Translations under genes and position numbers: made by a program
The notes under the pieces: model-generated
The model's database searches: none
What the model was told of the DNA's origin: nothing
What the model saw: the letters and a program-made list of their open reading frames with translations, nothing else
NCBI GenBank assembly: GCA_016748015.1
Contig: JAAOMT010000697.1
Coordinates: 1 to 64,000 of the forward strand
DNA length: 64,000 nucleotides
Source: Geosiphon pyriformis uo1
Lineage: Eukaryota > Fungi > Glomeromycota
Reading direction: 5' to 3'
Part shown: one piece after another, positions 38,782 through 50,200 of the stretch
How positions within the stretch are numbered: the stretch's first letter is position 1
Layout of the letters: the number at the start of each line of letters is the position of its first letter

Positions 38782-41526
38782 TTAGAAATCTGTAACGTCA
38801 TCGTCTTCATCCATCTCACCCTCAGCAATTTCCTGAGCTAGCTCTCGTTCCCTTTCACGAAGGGCCTCAGCAGAAGCCAATTCTTTCCTGTGAGCATTGA
38901 GCGGGAATCTCATTGCCTGGATTCAAACGTAGATAGGGTTTCTAATCAAAATCCAACGCCATTATTTATAAAACACAAAATGTTTATATGCTCAACAAAC
39001 CTTAACCGAATCGTTATGAAGGTTCAAACAAAAGCTGATACGTTGATGGAAGGCAATCTGAGGCTCGTTAGTGGAATAAATATCAACGTTTTCCTATATT
39101 TTATATCCAGTTAGTATGAATTAGATTGAAAAAAAAATCTTTTCTGAGAGCTAAAATGCAAAAATAAATATGACACCTTAGACTTCATGAATCCTTTTTC
39201 GTGATCTAATGTGGCATCAATAACACCATCACGAATAGCCTAACCGAATAATTGAGTTTCAATTTATGTCAAGATACAACGCAAACAACACTAGAATCGA
39301 TTATATTGTATACCTTAGCAACAATATATTCGGCATCTTCCTCACTATCAAGGTGCAATTTCAAACAGATGTCACGCAAAGATATTCGTGAATAGGAGAG
39401 ACTTATCATCCTAATACCAGTCTTGATGACATTATGCCGCAGTCTGTAATTATTATAATTGGTTGAATTTATTCTAATGGACAAGTGAATCGGACGACCA
39501 GCAATTTGAAAATTGAATTCTTTCAAAGTTGCTCTGGCTATACTCGCCTTAAGATCAAAGTATAGGTTTTATCGCTGCGAAAAATATTGCCATATTTGGC
39601 AAGTGTTTCTTGAAAGTTTGCTAGATCACCGATGCGAACAGCTAGAACGTTGATAATATGGATAGAGTCAAAATGTGTTCCTTCTATTATTAAGCTGTAC
39701 GGGATAACATTACCTTGAACAATATGTAGATATGGAATCAATGGTTTCCTCAAGACGGGTTGTCTAAATATAGAACGCTCAGGTATTTCGCCCATCAAAA
39801 GTTGGACGATTATTGAAAGTTTGTAAACCTTATTGTTGTGATTCAATCATCAATTAAGGATATAAGTGAAGAAATATGTTATTTCATATAGAATGAATTT
39901 CTTACAGCTTGCTGAAACCCAGCAGTTACTGTATTCTGGGGGGCTTTGCGGATGGCTTGCAGCAGATGAGTGTGTGATAAAGTATAATCAAGCTGAATAG
40001 CTTTAATTCTTCCTATTTTGTCGATAAAATCAAAATTTAAAACTTATAACCATATATTTCATTAAAAATGTGTAACTGACCCAAATAATACATGTAACGA
40101 GCTTGTTGATTGTTGCCGGCTGTCTCTGGGAACGTTGCTTTGCTAACCAGTTTATCTGCTTGATCGTAGAGGTTATAATGGAAATAATTTCTCAACAACA
40201 AATTAATTAGAGTCGCCTATAAATATGTAAGAATATATAAAATATGAATTTAGTTTCAAGTAGTAGTCGGAGGAAAATTTTAGAATTTCCCACTTACCTG
40301 AGAATCGTCATCATGGCGCAATGTAGCAGTTCTCTGCGCTGCCAGCAAAATTCTAAGATGGACATGTGCGATTTTTATCACGTATATTGGTCATTTTATG
40401 GAACGAATGTGCTAATACATACGGCCGGATCTCGGACAAACTCCTAGTTAGCTCATAAACTCGTGAATAGTAAAAGTAGATGCGCGCCGATAATTGATCC
40501 AATGTTCGGCGATTGGTATTTTTTATTTTAATAATTGTTTCGTTAGCTAACAGAATGCCCTAAAAACCATATAATGGAGGTATATTTAGAAGCGAAATTT
40601 TTAAGCAAAAGACAATTTCTTTACCTTATCGTACTCTTGCTTGTCTAATAAGAAAATCAAGACCAAAAGATGAAGATATAAATCAATCTCTGGTAAAATG
40701 GAAGCTGGATCACGAGCATTTTCATCTGGGTCAATTTCCATAATACCAGACTCCTAAAGAAAATCATTGTTGAATTACAACCATAGCAATGGATAATATT
40801 CATCCTAAAATCACCTTGCTAAGATAACTCAAGAGGCGGCTCTTATCGGCAGAATCTGTTGATTAAAGTTGAGAGGTTGTAAGCTTTCATCATTTCTGCC
40901 GGCAATTCTCAGTTGAGAAGAGCTTTCAAGTAAATTCTACTGCAAAAACACCGAAGCATGAATAAATAAGAGCCAAATAAAGTACTCTTGTTCGAAACTC
41001 TTTATTTGTGTTTTCAAGAGCCGTGCTCACAACCTGCTGACCTCTTGGGAAAGCCTCCTTGATCGCCTGAACCAGTATATCAACGTTTAGCCGCTTGCGA
41101 ATGGATGCAGTGGTTCTCAAAACTCTCGTTGTGAAGCGCGATTCGATAGTAGCTACAGCCCGTTCAAGAAGAAGAAAGTTCTGTTTCAGGTCTTAAGAAC
41201 CAATAGAAGTTTGAGTTAAGTTTTCCATTGTTGAAAGTAGATTGAGGATTTTTGCAGAAAGAAAGTTGAATGCCTGCTAGAACAAGAGCGTCCGCCTCAG
41301 ACGCTTTTTTAACTTCGTCCTCAACCTCATCAGCCTGTGACATCTCAACATCTTGGTTATCAACAACCATTTCAATGTCTTCGTTAGGTTGGGGAGCTTT
41401 ATTTTTGCTCTCTTCAAGCTTTTTAGCAGCCGACCTTGTGAGACGCTTTGGCAGCTGGGGCTGTTCGGGCTGTTCTTCGGCGCTTTTTTTGTTGCGAGTG
41501 GATTTACGTGAGTTTTTATCCACCAT
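38782..41526 (-). CDS. RPN3: 26S proteasome lid subunit Rpn3/PSMD3 (multi-exon)
   Basis: Spliced motifs [83 protein letters not shown], and the acidic tail [16 protein letters not shown] at 41526. Confidence 0.96.
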
Positions 41527-41717
41527 TCTCTGACTGACCTTTATTGCGCAATTTTCACGAAACGAGGGTGTTGCGTAAGCGAACGAGAAGAAATCCAAAA
41601 AAATCATCCCTTATCGCGGAAAATCTATTGGTTTTGATAGAAAATTCGTGACATCACAAATCAACAATTCATTTAACCAAAGTCGCGTCCTTAAACTAGG
41701 AAACTTATAACAGGCAA
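41527..41717. promoter_or_regulatory. Putative bidirectional promoter (191 bp) between RPN3 and the Nse5/SIMC1-like gene
   Basis: Divergent ATGs at 41526 (-) and 41718 (+). CpG-rich, unlike the TE regions. Confidence 0.55.
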
Positions 41718-43588
41718 ATGACATATGTCATTCAAAACCAAACCCACGAAGAGGTTTTTAGCTGTAAAATATTTTCAGTCTTTGGGCGTGGTAGCGGATT
41801 TTTAGATCTTCCTCTTTACTATGACTTTTTAGGGTGGGATATTATATCTTCTCGCCGAATTCGCTGGTGAAGACACTAAAGCAACGTGGAAAACGGCCGA
41901 AGAGATTTTAAGCTCACGACCAGAAGTTATTGAATCCTATTATGTTTTGAACGCGGCTTGGGGCAAGGAAATTAGAACTTTTGAAGGGAAAGTCCATGCT
42001 AGAATAATGCCAAAAACCTATCAAGATTTGATCGAAAATTGTCTTGATGAAAGCCATTGTATATATCCATTAAATATAAGATGCTTTATTTTTTACTTAT
42101 AAAAAATTGAAATATGTCTATTGACAGATAGTGCAGCACTTGACCTTATGGAATCATTCCAAAACGAGCACGAGTATCTTCCAGAGTTAAGAGCAAAAAA
42201 ATTTGAAGTCCTGTGAAAAGTTTTGGCTGACTTTTTTAGTGACCTTTCTATTGATTCTGGAAGACACCATATTAGACGGGTCATGGACTTGATTGTTAAT
42301 GAAAAAGTAGAAGATAACGTTGCCGCGAGAGCCTATAAGCTTTTACAGCATGTATTACAAACTAGTGGAAGTGAACCTTTTCAAAATATATGGAAAATTC
42401 CGAAGGAATTACCTGAACAAGATGGCCTTTGGGCTGAATACCCTTTAGATTTTTGGAAATTTATACAGACAAAGCTAGTTTCATCATCGATGAACGGAGA
42501 GGCAAAAAAGGTACATAAGAGAACGAGACTTTAATGTTTGATTTATGCTTTAACCAGTGAGTTTAATCATAGATTATAAGAGAATCGATGCTACTTGATC
42601 ATATAATTAGTATTTTTGAATTTGATCTTTTGATTAAGAAAGGTAAACTGATTGTCTTCTCAATGAGCTATGACACTTTTGTTACCATTAAACCTTGGGT
42701 CTTTATAATTTAGATAAATTGGGATCTTGCATGATATTACAAATATTTCCTAAGAATTATGGACGAGTACGTAACAATATCAAGTACCCAATTGAGGCAT
42801 TGCTTGCGCCCTTTTCCATGGCTGAAATATGTCCTATTGAAACTGCGCGATTATCACAGCGCTTACTAGGACAGGTAAGATTGTCAAAAAAATTCTTGGA
42901 TATTTTACGTTATATGGTAGATTTCTCATTTTCAAAAAAAAACAGATTATAATACTTTCCTACGCCGGAATTATATGCCATGACACACTGAAGCGTGAAA
43001 TGTACCTTTTGATTAATAAATTCAATCCGGAAAATTTTGAGCTATTTATTCAAGTATGTCCATCATGAGATATTTGAGTACTAATTAAGAACCATCCTTA
43101 AAGAAAATTTTGTGATTGAAATTTTCTAGACAATTAATTTTAACACGTTCAAATCCAAATTACTGGATCACGCCCTCCAAGATGCTAACCTGGGTGAAGT
43201 TTCACGTACCTATAAAAGTCTCATTCATGCAGGGCTAGATCTCTCGAAAATTATCCATGTATATTTTCAATCGACTCCATATTACAGGAAAGTCAGCCGG
43301 TCGACAGCTATATGTCGACACACATTCATATTAGTAACTTTACTTCAAAGCTATATACAATCCAAGCTTTTGCGGATCGATAGCAAAGTATATTGTGGAT
43401 TGAGCAAAGAAGAACGAAATTTATTGGCGGAGGATTTAATTCGCCCTAAATTGGAAGAATTGGAGCAATGGCTTGATGATGAGAAGACTATAGATAAAAG
43501 GCTTCGTCGAAGGGCTAAATTCATGATAGAATTAGCCAACATAGCCCTGGACACGCAGCAACCCATGGAAATTATCAATATTAGTTAG
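41718..43588 (+). CDS. Multi-exon protein: degenerate chromodomain-like N-terminus plus a helical domain resembling Nse5/SIMC1 (SMC5/6 loader)
   Basis: A consistent GT-AG exon chain runs from ATG 41718 to TAG 43588, so the gene itself is well supported. The product call is from remembered motif similarity only. Confidence 0.55.
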
Positions 43589-43699
43589 TTCAAAATCAAT
43601 AACTCGATCATAAATGAGTTTTGAAAGGTGGGATTTTTTTGCTTTTCAATTCAAGACAGAGTTTTTTAACTTAATCCAAATGTGCAAAGAAAAAAAATT

Positions 43700-43738
43700 T
43701 TATTATTATTATTATTAATTTTACGAGTGAGGCCCAAA
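43700..43738 (-). mobile_element. Extremely 5'-truncated LINE tail (~20 nt plus a (TAA)n tail)
   Basis: ttttacgagtgaggcccaaa is the reverse complement of the LINE terminus tttggacctcactcgtaaaa with one mismatch, next to a simple-repeat tail. Confidence 0.7.
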
Positions 43739-44234
43739 AATTATTATAAAAAAAAATAGATTAAGCAATAATGTAAAAAATTATTATTATTTTTGAAGTT
43801 TATTGGTTAAGCAAAAACAATTGAAACAAAAAATTGAAATTTAATAATTACATAAGATTTCTGGTAATAATTTAATAATGTTAGTTGAAATTTAAACCAA
43901 AACAAGATAAAATTATTCTTAATTTTTAATTTAATTTAATATTACATATGTAATATATAATTTAATTTATTAATAACAATATTTTTAATTTTCAATAATA
44001 ACAATTAAGATAAAATTAATAAATAAAAATTTCAATTATAACATTTATTTTTAGCATTAATATGTTAAATAACTTAATTTATATTTTTGTGTTTATAAAC
44101 ATTCAGAAATATGGGTTTAAAAAAATATTGATTTTGATTAACTTTTATTCTCAAAAATCTGACTTTTGGATTTTAAATGTAAAATCAAATATTTTATTTT
44201 CCAGGGTGATTCGATAAGAACCTATTTATTATTT

Positions 44235-45103
44235 TTAAAATTGGGTTTCTTCTGTTGAAGAGACATAATACAGAAGATCCATGACAGGAGTTCTGAAACC
44301 AAGTGATGTTATACCCGCTGAAATCTAGGAAGAATCGGGGATTTGAGAATTTTTATTTCCTTATTATGAGAAAATTAAGACTGAGTCGAAATTTTAATTG
44401 ATAAATACCTGACCACGATGATGAGTGCAATGATTGAAAACATGAATGTATGATAATAATATATTCTTAGTGGTGTAAACCCCTAAAGTGTTGGGATATG
44501 TTATTGATGCTGAAAAATCAAAAGCTTCAGGCAAAGAGGCGACATGGTTTATCCATTTTTGCGCCTTGATTAGAATTAATTTTTAGACTTGGTCAAAGTA
44601 TTTCTAAGATTTCAAAAGATTCTACGACTAATCCAAACCTGTTCTTGTAAGGCGTTTGATAATTCCTCGCGATTTTGAATATAGGTTTCCCAATGGCTAT
44701 ATTTGGCATCTTTTGGCACAGGTTCATTACTCGACAATTTCCAAAATTGAGTGACTTCATCATTATTTTCATAATTGTTAGTAAATCTGGGATACCTACA
44801 GAGTTTTAATTTTTAATGAAAGCATTGGTCACTATATATAAAGCAAAGAAAATAATTAGAACCAAATTTCAATTCTAACCAAACTTTATCCGAAAGTAAA
44901 ATGTGATTTAGCGTTCCATGAATAGATCGAAATACAAGCCCCGTGTTGGCTCTATAAGATTCATCGGGAATTGGAGAAACAGCGGCTAGTAGCTGTTGAT
45001 GTGCCCACAAATTATATCGAGCAAGGTTGAGTACAATTTTTTTGCTTGGGGATTGACTTGCCATTTTCTGAGTTGCAACATTATTGGTTAAATTTTTTGA
45101 CAT
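44235..45103 (-). CDS. DinB/YfiT-superfamily protein (bacterial-type DinB family), 4 exons
   Basis: ARYNLWAHQQL, GLVFRSIHGTLNHILLSDKVW and HVFNHCTHHRGQISAGITSLG...PVMDL, which supply the three metal-binding His. The start could be 45103 or 45064. Confidence 0.85.
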
Positions 45104-45172
45104 TTTATTTTGTCACGGGATTTATTTAAATTTTCGAATCGCGCGATCAAAGGTGAAGTTCATATTTCAAAG

Positions 45173-46508
45173 ATGCTGTCTTCCCAAAAAATTTTTTTGA
45201 GAGAGCATACCATTTTTACTTCTAAGCTCGGTCATTTTTTCTTCATCAATTCTGGGTCCAAGTTACCTTTAAACCCACTTTATATATCCTCTTTCCATGT
45301 CGGTTTGTTTTCAAAATCACTTTCTACGGAAGCTAGTACGCGCCGTTCTACTTTAGACTATGGTCCAAAAGCGTCCAAGCTTCCTACTCTAACCTACCTA
45401 TTAGCTGTTGTGCCCGTTATAACCTTTCTTCTTGGTACCTGGCAAGTTCAGCGTCTTCGCTGGAAGGTTGGTTTGATTGAGGACGCTCAAGAACGCCTCA
45501 GCAAACCTCCAATAAAACTACCCAAAAACTTAAAGTATTCCTCTATTTTCATAGGCCTATTTACATTGATGCTATCTAGCCATTAACCAATGCTAGTCCC
45601 AAAGTTATAGATGAACTATTTTACCGACGAGTTCAAACTACCGGCAAATTTCACCATGATCAAGAAATATTATTAGGACCAAGACCTCGTAATAATAAGC
45701 CTGGTTATATTGTTATTACTCCTCTGGAACAGGAGAATGGGTACAAAAAAAAATATTGCAAATTGAAACCATTTTGTATCGTGATCCGTAAATGATTTGA
45801 ATTTGTTCAATTGCAGTGTAACAGTCTTGGTCAAACGTGGGTGGATATCAGAAGATAAAACTGATCCTGCCACGAGATCAAACCACGAGGTCTGAGCTGT
45901 TCTTGAAGCATCACACATTTAAAAAATTATTAATTTCATATGATCATAGACCGATGATATTGTGAAGGTTGAAGGATTGGTTAAGAAAGGAGACAAGGTA
46001 AGCATTTTTCAAGATTAGATTTGAAGATTCATTGATTTTCAATATTTAACACTTCCTCTTTTAGAAAACATGGTTCACTCCTGTAAATAAACCCGAAAAG
46101 AAACAATGGATTTGGACTGATCTAAAAGCAATGGGAAAACACACAGGGGCACAGCCAGTTCTAATAGAAGAATCTCTAGGTTTTATAGCATATATTGGAT
46201 CCTTGATGGTCAAAATTTTCACTGATTTTCCTTTATACGATTTACAGGGACATCTCCTTATTTAATCAATAAGCTTATTGATGAGGGGGTTCCAGTTGGC
46301 AAAATTCCTCAAGTAGATTATACGAATACTCATCTAGAATATGCTATCACATGGTATCTACTGATCTCTTTTAAACCTTAGTTATTCCTTACAATATTGA
46401 CCTATGATTTTTAGGTATTCACTCTCCTTCGCTACGACTTTAATGTTCATTATGCTGGTTAAAAAACCTCGATCTGGACATGTTCGGCGACAGGCCATGA
46501 GAGGCTAA
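45173..46508 (+). CDS. SHY1: SURF1/Shy1 cytochrome c oxidase assembly factor (multi-exon)
   Basis: Mitochondrial-type presequence; PVITFLLGTWQVQRLRWK, YRRV..TGKFHHDQEILLGPR, GYIVITPL, VLVKRGWIS, NTHLEYAITWYSLS. Confidence 0.95.
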
Positions 46509-47231
46509 AACTTTTATGGAGACTGGGCTTTAAATCTTATTTGATTACCGTAGAGGCAAGCCGATTTGGAATTTATCATATTTAATTAAAAATAGTCAGC
46601 TTGAACAAATATTGTGCATTTATAAAGCATGAAAGCGGATCAATTAGTAATACGATATTCAAACCATTATCGGAAATCGTATACATTTAGTTGTGAATGG
46701 TGAACAAGCTTCGTTGAGATGAAAAATATTGAACAAGGACATTGACTCAGTTCCAACAAAGACCAATTTGAATATAAGTTAATGCTATACGAAACCCGAA
46801 TTTTGAACATTGAATACCATTATTGATTTACTATATTATGGGAGAGTTATACCAGCATTAAGTTTATAATTGGGATGAGGACAAGCCTCGCGTTTCGCTA
46901 AAGGCTTTGCCCAAAGGCAGATTATGGATCTTCGTAATTTATTCCTAATCACGGGAAGGGATGGTTCTAAAAAACCTTAGAAAATAGAAATGCAAATTCA
47001 TAAATAAACAATTTTAATAGCATAAATACTTAATTTCTAATATTAAAAAAACAATTATGCAATTTCATAAATCTTTTTATAAAACTAACATTACACGTGA
47101 ATAAATAAGAAAAATCCATTTGTGGGTGTGGCTGGTATACAACCACTCACTCTGTTGATCATCCAATTGTTTACCTTATAATCGAGAGCAAAATTCAATT
47201 CACTGTCGAGTCCCTAGAAATTTCTGAGATT

Positions 47232-50200
47232 ATGCAAAACGAACAGGATTCTGATATTTCAAGTAGTGGGTCGCCCACCGCAGAAGATGAGATCTCGAGC
47301 TCCATTGAATCCTTATTTCGACAGGTCATTTCCTCGCCTTGAGTTTTAATTTATTAACCTACTCTGTTCAGGGCATATCACACAGAGAATTCTTTATTCT
47401 CTTTCTGATAGGTTTCTGAAACTCCCTATAATTACACAACTCACGTTGAATACATTGAAGCCTTGAGAACCTCATGCCAATATCAAGAATTGACAAGAGC
47501 AAGGGAAAATATGCATCGCATCTTTCCTCTTTCTGAAGGTTAAATTTTATCATATTCACATAAATTTTTTAGTCCTATAGACTCTAATGTCGATCAATGT
47601 TTATTTTTGGAAATTTCTAGATATATGGCTTCAATGGATCGAAGATGAAGCTCGGATAGCTTCAAATCCAGAACAGATTCGAAAGGTTGGAGATCTGTAC
47701 GCCCAAGCAATTCAAGATTATTTTTGTAAGTAAATTATGCCTTAGTATATTTGCTTTTTTATGTATTTTGAATTAACAAATCACGCCTAGATCTCTTTTT
47801 CAATTCATCAATAAGCAATAAATCTTTGGAAAGGATATACACAGTATTTAGTTGAGCAGTATAATGATTTCCTTGAGAACTATTCCGGAGAACAATTTAT
47901 TACCCTTGAAGATGTTCGAGCAATCTTTCATCAAGCAATTAAGGAAACTGGATTTTGTTTACCTCAGGTAATATTTATTCGGTATATTTCGATCAATTGG
48001 GAATTTTAAACTGTAACTTCCTACTTAGAGCCATATTATATGGGATCCTTATCGTGATTTTGAGGAAGGGCTCTTGGAGGTTCAGAAAATTTAGCTTTTC
48101 TATATCAATTTTTGTTGTATCAGATGGCAAATATTAATAAAAGTTTTGTATCAAATTATGCTTTAGAAATCTCCCAGGTATTTAATCCAGTTGTGCGGTT
48201 ATGATGAATTTAATCCTATTCTAAATACCCAGTTAGATTATATGAAGCTTTTAAAATCCTCATTTGTGCAGCAAATAATTAATCAATTTAGTTTTCCACA
48301 CTAACCTTCGTTTGAATATGCTTACAGCTCCCTTGAGCAACAGGAGAGAGTGAAAGATTTATACCAAGAAAGACTCCAAGTTCCGCACGAAAGTAAGTGA
48401 GATATTTGATGAATTTTAAAATATCCTTGAAACCTGGTTTAGTTTTGATTGTGAATGGCGAATACAGCCTTGGAAAAAACGTGGGAAGACTATTCACACT
48501 TTGTCACAAGATACTATAATGCCAATTATGAAAAGCACATGATCAGCATTAAAGATCAATATTATGAGGCGCATCGACAATGTCAGGAGAGAGAGCCTTA
48601 CGAACAAGCGCTGGTAAGAATTTTCATATCTCGTTTATTTTATTTTGAGCGATTTAAAACAACACATTTAATTCATTTGCTTAGGTTCAATCTGCAAACG
48701 GCTTACCTGAATTCTTGAGATATATTAAATTTGAGAGAAAGAAAAAGCGACCCTTATTTAGAGCAATCACAACGTTGTTTGAGAGAGCTCTTGTGCTTCA
48801 TTATCTCAACGACTCCTTATGGGAAGATTACATTGGTTTCTTGTTAGAACACAAAAATCAGGGGGAACTTGTTATTAAAGTTGTTGAAAGGAGTGTTCGG
48901 AATTGTCCTTGGTCAGGGGCTCTTTGGGGACACTATTTCAGAATACTTGATCGAGAAGGATCTTCGCGTGATGATCTCACGTTGATTCTTAATAGAGCTT
49001 TGACCACTGAATTGCTCAACGAACGGTTAGATGATCTTGTCAAAGTTTTACTTGCTTACTGTGATTATGAGCGTTTAAGAATCAATTGGAGGAAGGAGAT
49101 TATTGATGAAGAAAAAGCAATTGATTTGATAGCTGCTTTGGAATATGGCTTAGAAAAGATTAATCAAGGTTAGCACAACTTCTATTTTTGATCCATTTTT
49201 AATTAGGAAAAAAATAAAAAATAAAAACTTGTTTTTGCTTGAATCATAGTTTCCTCAACAGGTGACCCTTTGCGCCGTTTAGAGAAGTACTATATTGAAA
49301 TTGAAGTAAAATTATACATTTGAAAATCTATATATTTTCTTTGAGTTTACCTGTCAATTTTTAAGACATTTATCAATTCTTTAGACAAAGCTTAAAAATA
49401 TTAAAAAGGCTCGCGAGATTTGGGAGGGCATTTTGAAAAAGGATTATCTCCTGTCTGAAGCATGGATAAGTTACGCGCAATGGGAAATGTATGTAACATA
49501 ATTGATCACTTATTGCCTCAAATTCTTGGGAACTAATTTCAACTTTTGCCTGACAGATCAATCGACAATATCGAGCAAGCTAGGAGTATCTTTAAGAGGG
49601 GAAGTCAAAGTAAAACTGATTGGCCAGAACGGGTATTTCAAGCATGGGAAAACCTGGAACATTATTATGGTGATTTGAATAGCATTCAGAATGCTCTTCT
49701 ATTCATAAGAAAACAGGCCATAAATGTTGCGAGTCGACGTGAAAAGGTATTATTATTACTACCACCACACTCTAGTTACTCGAAGAAATTCAAAAGCAAT
49801 CAAATTTCTATTACGGCACTTTTGAGCTCAAATTAATTTATTCAATTCGTCAGGCAGCATTATATGAAGCTCAAAATTCGTTACACTCTTGGACAACTGA
49901 ACCTCAAGATCTTTTAGAACCTTTAAGAGACTCCCTTAAACGAAAATTAGAATTTTCCAACGATAACGAAGAATCGCACCCCCCTAAAAGAAGTAAGGGA
50001 ATCCAAGGAGATAATATGGACATAGTTGAGGAATCTTTAGAGAAGTCACAAGAAGGTTTTTATTTAACACAATTTTAAATTCGGGGTGAAAAATGCTTGA
50101 ATATAAATTTTTACCTTTTTATCTAGATAAAAAATCCTTCACACGAATAAGACGGTAGGTCCTAATTGAATTAGTAGACTGTTTCAGTAAACATCTTTTA

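Noticed and set aside
41164-41607. Track ORF as a separate gene or as the true RPN3 start
   Set aside because: It is RPN3 exon 1 extended into 5'UTR and intron; 41526 is the more plausible ATG.
42174-42185. U12-type intron donor (GTATCTTCC)
   Set aside because: It deviates from GTATCCTT, no TCCTTAAC branch point follows, and a normal GT-AG model fits.
46773-46792. loxP-like ATGCTATACGAA
   Set aside because: Only a 12-nt partial match with no inverted left arm; compatible with chance.
46900-46967. U4atac snRNA (minus strand starts AACCATCCCTT)
   Set aside because: No UGCUAAC stem-I segment or K-turn, and no clear Sm site.
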